Source: Vitrella brassicaformis CCMP3155 (lineage: Eukaryota; Protista; Chromerida). Taken from it: a DNA stretch of 64,000 nucleotides. The notes below the pieces were generated by a model. The model was given only the letters and a program-made list of their open reading frames with translations. It did no database searches and was not told where the DNA came from. The stretch is from contig CDMY01000363.1 in the NCBI GenBank assembly GCA_001179505.1, forward strand, positions 36,108 through 100,107, in the 5' to 3' direction. Of the stretch, positions 48,762-62,640 are shown piece by piece (within the stretch, counting starts at the first letter, position 1; each line of letters opens with the position of its first letter). The position numbers were made by a program, and so were the translations under genes.

Positions 48762-50960
48762 CTACTGATCCATCGCACTCTTATTGCACCACGTGGTGGC
48801 CGCATGATGCGCTCGCTGCATGGGTGGGGAAAGAGCCAACGAAAATAAAATGTAAGCAGCAATCAATGCTGGCGTCAGCACCAGCTCTCCTCGATGATGG
48901 CTGACAATAGGACAGGGAAGGAGGAAGGATGTGCGGTGATCAAAGGTCGGCTGCTTCTGCCTGCCTTTCTTACTACCGCTGCTTGTCCAGGCCTGGCACC
49001 GCTTGAGGGGTTTATTCATTGTTGGCGGCCCACCGGTAACTCGCTGCCGCTCGGCCGATGATAAGATGCCCATGTCCAGGCCCGTCACCGACAGAAGTGA
49101 CGATATGCTTGCGGTGGGGTGATTCGTGTCCGTGGTTTGCGTCTTCTGGTACAGGCTTGCGAAGCTTATCAGGCTGTTGTTACTGAAGCGGCCCACGTAG
49201 GGCAAGTCGGGCGTGCCTTCAAGTTTGTAGAGGGATGAAGACATGGAGAGAAGGTGGTGGTTTCTCCCCCAGTCGTCCAAGCGGTCCACATCGAGCAGCT
49301 GGCCATCAACGACCATCGCCAAAATCTCGTTGCTTACGACAGGCATACACCACACGTTCATCTTTTGTCCGTCCGTGTTGTGTCCTGTGCCTCGGTGCCA
49401 TGTGTACCTGTCCTTTATTCGCATGACGATGATCAGCGGCGAGCGGCCATTAATGGCTGCCACGAACTCCAACCAATGCCAGCCATCAGCCGTGGTGTTA
49501 TGTCTCGGGGCCCTGACAGCAAGAGAGTGACAGTAGGAGAGGGCATTATGTTTGCTGCTTACTTATAAAGGCAAACAATGGGTTTGCCCATATAGGCCGG
49601 CAGGGCGGGCAAATGTGAGGGACCACCAGTCCTCTTTCCCCATCTATTGATTTGCTGCAGGTGTTCGCTCGTGAGGAGACAGCCGGGCTGGCCCAGGTAG
49701 CGGTTGGCATCGATGCCAAAGACATGAATCGCCGAGCGGCATATCGAGATGATCTCGTCTCCCATCGACTGATGCACACCAGCTGTTATGAGGCCCTGGC
49801 GGTGCTGGTGGGCTCGCGCGATGATGTCGGCAATGCGGCGGACGCAGTCGAGGCCGTAGACCGAGTGTCGGTCATCACTAAGCCGCAATAGACACACCAA
49901 CGTATTCATCGGAACGCCACACACACACATACGTCCATCAGAACACATAGGTGGATGACGTACATTAGTGCTCTCTTCCTCACCGTGTGAATCTGCCGTA
50001 GAATGGGCTGTCTTCTCCACCCATCGACTTGGCCGCCGCCTTGGTGATGGTCACTTTCACGCCCAGCACATCAACCGACAAGAGCTGACACACCCACCCA
50101 ACAACCAGACACATAGGCGCTATGCTTGTCGCTATTCTTGCAATCCTGTTGTGTGTGTATGTGTGTATGTCTCTGAGTATACTGTACCTCATCATCATCG
50201 GCATGGACCGTCTTCAGGAGGGGTCGAATGACGTCAAGTCTGGCCAGCACCTTTTTCTTTGCAGCTTCAATTCGCTCCTTCTGCTCTGCCGCCCTCCATT
50301 CGCCAACCGGCAAGGCCGCAGTGTCCTCAGTGGGTGTGCTGCAGGGTTTGTTCGCTGATGCGCCATACAGGAGCGAATCAACCCAATACCTGACACACAC
50401 ACACACACACACACACACATGAGGCGGAACATTACGACACACACACGTGTTGACTCATTTGATCCATTCACACTGACATACTTATACGGTAAGTCCGTCT
50501 GCTTGACGGCGGGCAGGGTGACGGTCGTGATGTCTTTCCAATCGTAATATCCCAGATGCGCGACCAGCCTGTCACACAGACTGGTGACAGACATGCCACT
50601 TTATTCCCCCCGTCGCTAATAGTCGCTGACCATCTGAACGCACTCGTCACGGACAAAGGCCCTCTCGAATCGGCCAGAGAACACGTAGGCCAGCACTGAA
50701 CCCTCCATCGCACATAGAGTGCGACGCTGCACATTGGGAGAAACCACAACTTTCGCGTCCAAGCAGTGTACGTCAAGGATACGACAGACATGCACCGCGT
50801 GTGCCTCGGTGCACGTGCCATGTGTACCTGTCCTTTATTCGCATTCTCGAACAAAGTCTCCGATGAGGTCGGGCCGCTTCAACAGCCCCTCTCTCGGTTG
50901 ACGATGATCAGCGGCGAGAGGCCATCATCTTCTGGCGGCTACGCCTTCTTAGCCTTCTGA
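48762..50960 (-). pseudogene. Decayed gene fragments of another repeated family, tentatively TLDc-like
   Basis: LTSEHLQQINRWGKRTGGPSHLPALPAYMGKP and TTADGWHWLEFVAAINGRSPLIIV recur at 45790-46040, and the SPLIIV...KDR/KGQ exon end recurs at 50817-50930. The TLDc resemblance is weak. Confidence 0.4.
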
Positions 50961-51138
50961 GCCCCCAGCTGCAACAGGGACGAAGGGCGAAGGTTTGTTG
51001 TGCCGTAGGGTAACAGAACAGCTGCGGGGGGAAGAGAGAAGTTGAATCAGAGGTCCACACTGGTTGGGTGCCTTTTAATTCCGTCTCGACCGGCGAGAAT
51101 TATGCCGAGGAAGTGAATTCTCGCCGGTGCCCGAAAAA

Positions 51139-53902
51139 ATGGCGGTTGAGCTGGAACACTTGATAGGATACTCTGGACAGCATCGCAGTTGCCTGCTGTG
51201 GCACCCCGCCGAGCCGACCATCATCTACTCATGCGGCTCGGCTGTGGTGATGCAGAACGTAGAGGACCCGCACAAGCAGGAGTTCTTCAGGGCTCATGAT
51301 AGCGATATCACCGCACTCGCACTCAGCCAGGTCAGAACGACACACAACGAAGCCGCAAAATGGTAGATCTTCTTCGTGTTGGTTCGTTGTTTCAGGATGG
51401 CAAGACGCTTCTGTCCGGGCAGGCGGCGTCGCCAAGGCGCAAGGACGGCCCGTCTGAGGTCATTGCGTGGGATCTGCAGACGAGGAAGGGCATCGGCCAG
51501 TTCGCCGAAATGCGTGGCGGCATCATTGCCGCTGACATGTCCGCTGACGGCCGCTTCGCCGCCGCCTCGTCGGAGGAGCGGCAGCTGTTCGTGTGGGACG
51601 TGCAGACAGGGGAGGTGGTCGTCAACAAACGTAGCGAACAGGTTAGGTGCCGGGTTTATCCATTGGATGGGGGGGATGGTGTGCCATGGTTTGTGTCTGG
51701 TGCAGCTGTGCTCGACGGTGAAGTTCAGTAGTGTGGAGAGGGCCAAGGCGTCGCGGTATCCCGAGTACATGCTGGTGACGACACTCGAGAACCAGGTGGT
51801 CATAACCCGACTCACATTCGACCTCGCCGCCATGAACTACAGAGGTACACAAATGGAAAGCCACACCGCCACATGAAGGATTCTCATCCACTCGTCTCTC
51901 TCCGTATTCCCATCTGCAGGCGACTCGCAGCGGGCCCAGCTGCCGTCCTCCGGCCTCCAGCGTCGCTTCCTGTGCGCCCTCACCAGCCCACCATTCTTCC
52001 TGGCCGGAACCACAGCCGGCGACCTTCTCATATTCAACATGGACACGTCCGTCTTCCGTGCAGCCATCCCCGTGACGGCCAACGGTGTGCAGGCCATGTG
52101 TGGGCAGGACGGGCGTGTGGTGCTGGGGGGTGGGGATGGCAGCGTCAAGATATGCGAGGGGCGTGATGCCCAGTGGGAGGAGGTCAAGGCCATGGGGGTG
52201 AGCGGGTGCGTGTCGGGGCTGGCACTGTCGCCGGATGGGCAGGAGGTCGTGTGCGGTACCACCAACGGGAGGCTCTTCAGGTGGGTGTCTCGGAGGGCAG
52301 GGAGGCATGGATGCGATGCGCCGGTGTGTCTGTGTGTCCGGGCTGTTGGTTGTCAGGGTGATGTTGTCGGACATGACGGCTACGGTGTTGGGGCATTCAC
52401 ATTGCGCCGCCCTCACATCGCTGGTATTCGGCACCACACAGCAGATATTCGCATCCACCTCTCGATCAGGTGCGGCACACGCATACACCCACACACACAC
52501 ACACACATGTGACTGACGTGTGTATTTCATGGCAGGGGAGGCGCATGTTTGGGATCTGTCCGACTACCGTGCTGTAGTCCAGACGCAGCACCCGGCCAAG
52601 AAGGCGGCGCTCGCTGTCTGCCTGGCGTTCGATGACACTGAACTCCTAGTCGGTACGCGCAACACACACACACACCCTACACAGCTCTTCCTCGCCACAA
52701 ACAGCAGGGAATCCCATCTCTCTTTATAACACAGGTTACGAAGACGGCGCCATCCGTGGGTACTTCATCGAGCCTTGTTTGCCCAAACAGCAGCCCGAAG
52801 ACAAGAACGGCAGCCTAGACACGCCCACCGACACCACCTCTTCCTCCCCCTCCCCGTCATGGGAGATCCCCACCAGCCACCGGGGTGCGGTGACGGCCCT
52901 GACGGCCGCCCAGGGTCAGGGTGGCAAGGGGACCATGCTGGTGTCTGGGGGTGAGGACGGCTACGTGCGGGTGTGGCATCCGCGGACCAGGGAGATGGTG
53001 GGCAACTACAGCGTCGCCAAGCGGGCTGTCACGGGGCTCAAGGTCGACCACAACAAACCGCATGTGGTGCACGCCTGTAGCGCCGACAAGCTGCTGGTGT
53101 CTCTGGATCTGCAGAAGGACAAAAAGGTCACCAAGAGAGGGAGAGGGGAGGTGGATCATTCTCACCTGCCTGTTGTATGAATGTGTGTGTATGGGTGTGC
53201 AGGTGTGCCAGCATGCTGTGGTTGACGGGGTCTTCACCGGCCTGGCGCAGCGGAAGGATCACGAGTACGAGGTGACCAGAAGCCAAGAAGACACTCAAAG
53301 AGGAGCCAGCTAATGAATGGATTGGATTGATGCGTTGCTGTTGTCAGTTGATCACTAGTGGCGTTGACGGTCGCCTGCTGTTCTGGGATGAGGACGAGGC
53401 GGACCCTGTAGCCATACTCACACCCATGCCCGACCCTGTCAAGTACACACATACACACACACGCACACACACATCCATGAGACAAGCTCCCACATCATCT
53501 GCATGTCTCCGCTCTCTCTCTCTCTCTCTCTCACAGGTTTCCGAACATAGCCGGCGCCCCGACATGCCTCTCGGGCATCACGAGCGCGCCCAAGCTGCTG
53601 TGCGTGAGTGTGTCGCCATCCGGCAGATACGTGGCCTGCGGCGCACACGACAACCTCCTCTACATCTACGACCTACAGGCAAGAACGGACAGACAGGCAG
53701 ACTGATGGATGCATGGATCCAGAGACCTCGATATATGTGTGTGTTGTGTGTGGTGTATGGTATCGATCAGGGTCGCGAGTTGATGTACACGGGATTCGGC
53801 CACACGGGTAGAGTGGTAGCTGTGGCCTGGAGCCCTGACGAGAAGCAGATACTCACGGCGGCCGAGGACTGCTCTGTCGCCGTCTGGAACTGCTTCGAGT
53901 GA
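51139..53902 (+). CDS. WD40-repeat protein, CFAP52/WDR16-like
   Basis: The N-terminus MAVELEHLIGYSGQH...WHP...IIYSCG...FFRAHDSDITALALSQDGKTLLSGQ resembles CFAP52. Many GH...WD repeats follow, ending LTAAEDCSVAVWNCFE*. Confidence 0.8.
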
Positions 53903-54244
53903 GTGCTGGGTGGATGGTGATACACGCATGATGGTGCTATGGGACACATGCTACGGTGTTTTGTCAATGGCGGTTGACATACAGTGGTATGGTGTGCTCG
54001 CGAGCGACTTATTGAGAGTATCCAGCAAATGCATGGGACATTGCCGCATGCACAAGGCGTCCATCCATCCATCCATCCAATCAATCAGTCCACTGAGTCA
54101 TTCCTCCCTCCAGCCCCTCAGCCACTCACCCCACCCCACCCCACCGGCCAGCCACTCGATCGACTTTCGCCAATCCCCACACGCAGCAAGCCTCACCATT
54201 CTATGTATGACACCTCACCCATCCATCTGTGTATGTTAAGGGCA

Positions 54245-56937
54245 TCACTTCTTGCCCATCCGCGACGTCTCCACAGCCAGGGACGACTCGAAGAACCCCC
54301 GGGGCTGCGGCTGGTATGAGTAGACGCCCTGGTGAGTGGCGGGCACCGGCGTGTAGACTCCGTTGTTGGCGGCCGGCATGTACACGGGCATGGTGAGGAC
54401 ATTCTTGGTGCCGCCGGGGTAGATGTTGAGCACATTGGGGTGCGGGTGGCCGCGGCCGGGGTTGCGGGTGCGGGCCATGGCTGCTGCTGCATGGGGGTCG
54501 TGGTAGATGTAGTGGGGCGGCTCTCCCTTGGCTGTCTGCTGCTCGGTGCAACACGATCGCCAGATGGACGGGGTGAGTGCCTGTCGCTTCTGGACTTGGA
54601 GAGGAGGGATGTAGGGCGGCGTCGGGATGTAGGGCGGCGTAGGGGGCGCACCGACCACACCACCACCACCAGACGAATACAAGCTGGGCACGGCCTTGAT
54701 TGTCTTGGCCACCTCTATATCCGTCCCCGTCCTGTCCTCCATCTCACCAACCACCGGTTTCTTCACCATCCCCCCAACCTTGGCCATGGGCGGCGCCTTC
54801 CCAGCACCACCAGCGCCACCACGTGCCTTGGGAGCCGCTGTCTTGGCAGGCACGACGGGAGGCATATTCGATCGACCCCGTCTGCCCCGTGTCTCCGTCA
54901 CCGCAGGCGGACCCGGTGCAGGCGCCTTGCCACGTGCACGTCGGGGAGGCATAGCCGAGACAGCCCGCTGGGCCACTGGAGCAGCAGAGGCGGGTCGCTT
55001 GGGTGCAGCCGCCTTGACCGTGGCCTTGCTCACCGGCACAATCGCCGCCGCCCCGCCCTTCTGCGTCACCGTCACCTGCATGGTCTCCTTCGTCTGATCA
55101 TCAGTACCACCACCAGTCCCTCCAGTGACCAGCTTGTGCTCCTGCATGGGCGGGAACATCTGCACCTGGCCGTAGGGAACAACAGAGGCATAGGCAAGCG
55201 GCGGGGCCTTGGCCACAGGGCCGGGCAGGAGCGCCACTGGGGTGGCAGCAGGGCCGACACGGGTCACCATACCGCCATTGGCTGGCCCGACGGGGAATGC
55301 TGCGGGGCCTGTCATGGGCACGGGTGTGAACGGGGCCTGGTAGCGGAAGACCGGCGTGGTGGTTGGGCTGACGGCCTTGACCTGGTGGATGCGGTCCATC
55401 TCAGTGGGTGACGGTTCGCGCATGAAGGGCCCGGCGGTTTTGATACCAGGGTGGTGGGACTGGAGGTGGGGCGGTGGCGTGTAGGTGGGTACTGGCCCCC
55501 CGAATGAGCGTGTGGCCGCCAGGTGGGCGGTGGTGGGCGAGGGCTTGAGCGTGGCGCTGCTTGGTGCAGGGCAGCACGCGAACAGAGATGGGTGAGACGG
55601 TGGCCTGGAGGGTCGCCCGCTGCACAGAGACAGAGAGAGAGCAGAGAGTGTGTGTGTGTCTGTGTGCGTGTGTATGCGGGATGGTCAAACCGTATGCCGA
55701 TGTCCCCAACAGGTTGGTTGCCACTCAGAACGTTCTCAAGGAACTAACAGAGACACACATACACACGGCAGAAGTGAGGGCAAGCTCCCTCGTCCGCCTG
55801 TATGCTTCATCCAGCCGTCAGCAGCTGACCTTGTTTTGCGCTTTGAGCCTCCTGACTTCGGCATCCGACACTTTGGCGGCCTCAGACACCTCCTGATGAG
55901 ACACAAGCCACGCACAGGGGGGAGATGTGAATGTTGCTGAGTCGGAGGGATGCGTCGGTGTAAGCTGCTCACGCCCAGGTTGCGGGCCAGGTTGTCACGG
56001 GAGGCGATGAGGGCTTCGTTGCGTCGACGGATGGCCACCAACTCCTGATGCACACACACACAAACGGCTTCATCCCTGCCCCTTCCGTCACTCCCTCCCT
56101 GCTGCCGTCCACTCCGCTGACCCCGACGAGCGCCTGGTACTCGTGCACGTCCACGACCTTCATCGAATCCTCCTTCCCCTCCTTGTACACGTAACGCGGG
56201 TACTGACCACCGCCCTCCTTCACATCACCACCCTCAACGCCCTCTTTCTTCGTAATGACTGCCTTGGCCACGCCCTTCTTGCCGCCCCCTGTGGCCTTGC
56301 CCTTCTTCGCTGCCGCCCTGGCCGGGGACTTGGCACGGGAGGGCTTCTTGTCCCTGGCACCACCCTTGGCTTTGGCCTTCTTGGCCTTCTGGGGCTGTTT
56401 GACCCACTTCGTCAGGTCCTTGCCGCCCTCCATGTCTCGGTTGTGGTCTATCGGGGTGACCTGCGGGTCGGTTGCAGCTCTCGTCTTGACCTTCTTGGGC
56501 CCGGTTTCCTCACGCGCCACGACATGCAGAGGGAGAGTGAGCAGCAGCGGGTCGCTGTCAGAGTGGATTATCAGAGTGGGCCGCTGATGAACCTCAACCT
56601 CTCCGCGCTTGTCCTGTGCACTCTTCTTGGAGGGGGGCTCCTTTCGCACCTGCCGCTTCCTGCCGCTGGGGGTCTTGCTGACAGGCGTGGTGGCGATGGG
56701 GGTGCTGCGAATCTGCTTGATGTCGTCAGAGGATAGGCTCCTGTTGCTGCTGTAGAGGGCCCTCGCTCGGGCCGTGTCTTCGACCTCCTCTAGCACCGGT
56801 TGGAGGAGGTTGCCGCCCACAAACACCGGGAAAGCCTCGTATGCACTCGACTTGCGGCGCGGTTCCTCTCGTTGGGGGAGAGGTCCGGCTGATAACAGCT
56901 GTTGGTCTTGGGGGACACTCACGGTGTCATGTGACAT
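54245..56937 (-). CDS. Hypothetical Pro/Ala/Lys-rich low-complexity protein with a short coiled coil, multi-exon
   Basis: Long codon-biased exons (55969-56937, 54245-55423) flanked by splice signals; coiled-coil-like ELVAIRRRNEALIASRDNLARNL. Exact junctions are uncertain. Confidence 0.6.
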
Positions 56938-57080
56938 ACGTTGGCGCCTTCAACGACACGAGAAAACAAGAGAAACTTTCAACACAAGCTTGCCTGGCGC
57001 CCCCTCGGCCCCCAGTCTCAAACCCTGGACCCCATAAACCCCAGGCGCACATCTGGAGGCCTCCAGCGACGCATCCGAAG

Positions 57081-57889
57081 ATGCTCAACTTCATCTTGCT
57101 TGCCACAGCGGCCACCGCCACACAAGCGTTCGTCCCCCCCGCGTCCCTCCTCTCCCCAGTCCGCCCTCATGCCGCCTCCTCCCTGCAGATGGCCAGCGCA
57201 TCAGGCATCGAGAAGATGAAGCCCGAAGAGCAGAGTGCGCTCCTGTGGCGCGCCGTCAAGAGCTCTGTGGGCATATTGCGGCGGCCGAGCAAGAGTTCGG
57301 TCACGTTTGAACCTGAGAGCGAGACCATCAACTACCAGGGGGAGGTGGCCACCGCCACATATGAGGAGGAACTGAGGCAAGAGCTCATGATCAGGTCGGC
57401 CTTGCCATAGATCTGACTGCCTGCTTCACAGGGAGCTGACTGGTTGACTCACTGTGCTTCTCTGCGTGTGTGACGTCAGGTACCTGAAGAAGATGCTCCG
57501 TCTGAAGCGCATCGAGTCCCTTGAGAAGGCTTTGTCGAGTGGAGACTTCTCCAGCACCGCCATCGGCATGGGGGTGGAGGAAGACAAGATCATGAAGCCG
57601 CCAGAGGACGGCGAGACCGTCGACTGGTCAGTGACCGACACGCCCACACTCCAGAGAGCCAGCCTGTGACAGACATTGGTGCGGGCGGACGGGCGTGCTG
57701 CACTGTGTGTTCAGGTCTCAGCTGCCTGTTGATGATCCCGACTTTGACCCGTCCACCTACCTCACTCCCTCCGAGCGTCGTGAGCTGACGCTGCGCTCCA
57801 CGACTAAGGGCCGCATGGACGACTTCGTCAAGTCGTGGTACGAGGGATTTGACAGGCCGACCGAGAAGCCCGACCCCATCTCGGGATAG
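57081..57889 (+). CDS. Nuclear-encoded, probably plastid-targeted hypothetical protein, 3 exons
   Basis: The leader MLNFILLATAATATQA-FVPPASLLSPVRPHAASSLQM is a signal peptide, a Phe at +1 and a Ser/Arg/Pro-rich transit peptide. Stop at 57887-57889. Confidence 0.7.
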
Positions 57890-58398
57890 AGATTACGAAC
57901 GATGCGTAGGTGTAATGGCTGATAGATAGGCCATCCATGTTTTCGGTGCGGCGTGTTGGGATGTGGGTGTCATGTGATTGATGCTCTAGTGTGATGTGAC
58001 ACGGCGGTGGAGAGGCAGGGATGCGTGTGTGAGTTGAGTGCTGGGATGATTGTTTTTGCCTCAGCGACTGAGAGAGATGGCTTTCAAAGACAATATCACC
58101 CGTCAAATCAATTTTGCTGCCTGGATGGTCGGTCCATCTGATGAGGCTTGACCGCATAGGGAGCGTCCGGTCACCGTTAGTTAACTTCACGCATCTACTC
58201 ACTTCACAAACACACGTATCTATTCAAGTATTCAAGAAACACACCCACTCCCTTACACACAGCACACGCACCATATAGTACTGCTCTTTTCCCGTGCCCT
58301 CCCTCCCTCCCGAAAAGCACATAAAATGTTGGACACGTAGGTTCGAGTATGGGAAGAGGCTATGTAAAACGGAAAAAGCCCGCAGATGGTTCGGTTCG

Positions 58399-59734
58399 TC
58401 AGTAGTAGCAAACGTTGACGAACCACTGTCGCACAAAGATGATCTGGAAGTAGATGGCCGTCAGCAAGTAGATGGCCACCATCAGATAACCTGCACCACA
58501 CACGCACACACATGGAGAATCGCGTGCCGTGACGACCGACAACACAACACAGGAGGACGTCACAGCTGCGTACCTGACATCCATTCGCTGTCCCCAGCCA
58601 CGCCAATCACGGCCAACAGGAACGTGAGGAAACCGCAAAAGAAGGTGGCGTTGCGACGAAAATCACCTGGAGACAGGCACAGACAGGCAGACAGACAGAT
58701 GCACAGCCTGTCCCTGTGTTTGGTGTCGGTGGGTGGTTGATGGTGTGTCGGCTGTGTGTTGTGTGTGACCTTCGCAGTGGTTGGATTCGAGCAGTGCGAC
58801 CACCTCGGCTATGACGACGATCCAGTAGACCATGTGGAACACCTTGACCACCTGCTGCAGGAAACTAAACCAACTGTGGAACGACTCCTCACCGTCACTA
58901 CCCTGCACACACACACACACACACACACGTGCACAGGCCAGTGGCCACTCGGCCTTTCGATCTCTCGTGTGCTGTGTTGCCCCACCCGTCTGGACAGCAG
59001 GTGGGCGATGGGGCTGTCCTGGTGCTCAAACGCCCTCTGGGCCACGTAGCTCTTCCCGCCCTCCAGCACGAAGGCGCTCCCCCGCTGCGATGCCCCCATG
59101 GTGTTCATGGAAGCCGACAGGCGCTGGTTGGAGCCCCGGCGACCCAGCCCGAATATGGGTGAGAGGGAGGGCGTCGGGCTGGGGTGGTCCGTCGACACGC
59201 CCAGGGCGTCATCGCATGGACGGAATGGAAAAGACCCACGGGTATCGCGTGGGTCAGCCTTCACCAACCGCAGAACTGACACAGCAGGACAATGGCTCGT
59301 GTAAAGGCGTGTGCTTCGGTGGTGTCGTCTTTGCACCATTCTCACCTCTAGGGATGAGGCCCTGCAGCTGCTTCAATGAGTACTCGCCCGCAGGGAGAGC
59401 CAAAACCTGCATGAGAAATCACGCACCAACACAGAATCTCAGTGCGAGGCGTGCGTCATCTGCACAGCCGCGAGCACCCACGTCGCACCTGCGCCTCGCC
59501 ATGGTCCGACACGAAGTTGACCGTCGCCATGCCGCCATGCACCACCGTCGGGAGGCTGGCAGGGTCTTCTATATCATCGGAACTCCACGCCCTATCTCGC
59601 CCTTTGACCATCCCCTCCACTGCACGCCGCCGCGATGGGTCATCCACGCCTGTGTCATGCCCATTCATCATGGCCTCGCCGTGCTCGTCATCGCCTTCAT
59701 CGGCAGGCAGCCGCTGGAAACGGGACGAAGCCAT
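58399..59734 (-). CDS. Hypothetical membrane protein with a disordered N-terminus and about 3 C-terminal TM segments
   Basis: Hydrophobic exons VFHMVYWIVVIAEVVALL, FFCGFLTFLLAVIGVAG and YLMVAIYLLTAIYFQIIFV; ATG at 59734. Confidence 0.6.
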
Positions 59735-60109
59735 CCGTTCTCAAGGAGACTCACAGGGACTAATAGCGCTCCCTGATCATCAGGAGAGAGCCGCAAACCG
59801 CTGAAATCGGTGCGAGCCTGAAGGCGATCGGACGAGAAAGCAGCACGCCGACGCTTCAACGCATCTCGTCTCGCCTGCAGCACGCCCTTCTGTCAACTGG
59901 CCTCTTCTCTGCGACAAGATCGGCTTTTCTTTCTCTGCGGGCTTAGATTGCAGACGATACGCATTGGGGGAATTGTGGCTTTTGTAGTAAGCAGGTGACG
60001 CGGATGAAGCCAGATGACACAGATCCACGGGAAAGATGCAGTCACACTCATGGTTTTCGTGTGTTTGTTTGGACGCAGGTGTGTGAGTGAGTGTTGTTGA
60101 TTTGTGTCG

Positions 60110-61957
60110 ATGACGGAGGTCGACATAGAGGACATTGAGCTGCCTCTTCACGCTTTTGACCTCCAGTTCCACCCGTCTGAACCCGTCGTCGCCTCGTCGA
60201 ACGTCGCCGGCCACGTCTTATTGTAAGGCGAAGGAGGCCTTGACTGTATGCTCATGAAAGGATGGCATCTCTCTCTCCCTCTTTGTTGGTGTGTTCACAT
60301 CGGTCAGCCACCAATACAATGTGGCCGAGGGGACGGCACGGCTCGTGCTGGAGCTGGAGGCCCATGACGAGTCGTGCAGAGCCATCCGGTTCTTCCCAGA
60401 CGGACAGCGTACGCAGGCTGAGTCAGGCGATGATCAGTCATTTCTGTGCCCATCGTTCATGTGGATGGCTGGTCTCACTGCACAGACATGGTGTCGGGTT
60501 CGGCTGACTACCGGGTGCAGGTCGTCGACCGGCAGGGCAACCGCGTCTGGCGGAAAAAACACAGGTGGGCAGACTGGAAGCTAAGCAATCGTTCTATCGT
60601 TCTTGCTTGAATGCGTGTTCGTGGTTGTGTGTGTGTGTCGTGCCATCGTTCGATAAGGGGGAAGGTGAATGCAGTGAATGTGCTGAGCGAGCAGATCTTT
60701 GCGTCAGGTGACGACGACGGGGTCATCAAGGTGTGGGACCTGCGGCAGCCCAAATCAGTCATGAGCTTCCACGAACAGGGGGACTTCATCTCAGGTCGAC
60801 AGGGCACGGGTGTCACAAACAAGGCATCATACGTCCATCCTTAGCCACTTCTTGCCTTTGATGAGTGCAGATCTGATGCCGGACGATGAGGTCAAATACC
60901 TCCTGGCCACCAGGTGAGTGTGTGTGTGTGTGCAGCCACCATGATGCACACACAGAGACAAGCGCATTCCTGTGTTGATGTGGCGGATGGATGGATGGAT
61001 GCAGTGGTGACGGCACATTGGGTGTTTATGACCTGCGCACGAGGAATGGCGAGCTCGAGGCGCTCTCCGACCCACACGACGACGAGTACCTGTCACTGCA
61101 AATCATGAAGGTGACCAAGACCTCCCGACAGACAGAGACACCCAGACTTTCGCATACTCACACGTGTGGTTGGTCATGGCTGAGTCAGGACGGCCGCAAG
61201 GTGGTGTGTGGCACCCAGAATGGCGTGATATCGCTGTTCTCGTGGGGCGACTTCGGCGACCTCAACGACCGGCTGCTGGGCCACCCCATGTCAGTGGACG
61301 CAATGGTCAAGCTGGACGAGTCCACACTACTGACCGGGTCGAGCGACGGCATCATCCGCATCGTCAGCATATTGCCCAACAGAATAATTGGTCGGCGGGT
61401 GCCGGACGGGAGCAAGACACATGCGGATCGATGGATTGATGGATGGATGGATGCATGGATGGGTTGATGGGCGTGTGCAGGTGTGCTTGGTGAGCACGGG
61501 GAGACGCTGTTTGAGAGGGGCGAATCGTTCCCCGTCGAGCGGCTCGCACTGGACCCGTCAAATGCCATACTCGGTGACCCCACACCAACACGGACATACC
61601 TCTCACTCAATATCTGTGTCCTTTCTCTCTGTGTGCCCTGTGCTGGTCGTGTGTGCAGCGAGTCTGTCTCACGATTTGTGCATTAAGTTCTGGTCGACGG
61701 CCCACGCGTACCTGACGGCCGAGGAGGCCATGAAGGAGGGGAAAGGAAGAAAAGGCATGCAAATCGATGAGGATGATCATGACGATGACGACGATGATGA
61801 TGGTGACGAGGAGGAAGATGAAGATGGGCCGGGGCCCGCACCTCCACCTCCTGCTGCAGCAGCTGCTGCTTCTGCTGCTGCGGCGGCGCCATCAGCTGGG
61901 TTGCGTCGCAGCTCACGGCTAAGGGCGAGGAGTGATGACTTCTTTGATGACTTGTGA
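60110..61957 (+). CDS. WDR55: WD repeat-containing protein 55 (JIP5-like rRNA processing factor)
   Basis: FDLQFHPSEPVVASSNVAGHV, HDESCRAIRF, ASGDDDGVIKVWDLR, KVVCGTQNGVISLFSWGDFG, LLTGSSDGIIRIVSILPNRIIG, then an acidic tail ending DDFFDDL*. Confidence 0.85.
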
Positions 61958-62218
61958 CGTACAAGGGAGGGGATGTGTGTGCGTGTGTGTGTGTGTGGAC
62001 GCTGAGCAAATGGGATGCGTGTGTGTTTTTGGGTTGTCTTCTGCTGTCGATGCTCTCTGTGGACACGGATTGGGGTGAAATCAAACGTCAGGTCACGTGT
62101 CGTCTCTTCCTCTTTCCGTCCACACACACACGTGGCATTCATTCACTCAGTCGCTCGACAACAAACTTCCTCCACTGAATGAACCTGTTAGTCACGGCTG
62201 GGTCTTCGGTCGTTTCAC

Positions 62219-62606
62219 TTAGTTGTCGTTAGTGGTGCATGGGTTGCACTCTTCTTGGTCCGTCTCTGCCCCAGTCGGCAGGGCAGCAGCCGGCGCCCCT
62301 CCCTTGGCTGCCTTGGCGCATGCCGCCTCTCTCGCTGCCGCCGCCTCACGAAGGACCTGCATCTTCTCTGCACACGAGATGGACAGACAGATGGATGTGT
62401 GTGTGTGTGTCTGTCTGTGTGTGTGTGTGTACCTGAGAAGAGTTTGGCTGCCGATTTGCTTGCAAGTTGCTCTTGTTTGCTGTGTGTGGCCGCGTGCTGC
62501 GCCATGACGTTCGCCTCCCTCTCGATGTGCTCACGGTGCTGACGCTCCACAGCCTCCTTCATCTACACACACACACACACACACACACATACACACATGC
62601 ATTCTT

Positions 62607-62640
<34 letters not shown>

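Noticed and set aside
54332-55411. Long overlapping ORFs (359 aa minus, 133 aa plus) as separate genes
   Set aside because: They are alternative frames of a GC-rich low-complexity exon with few stop codons and no domain signal.
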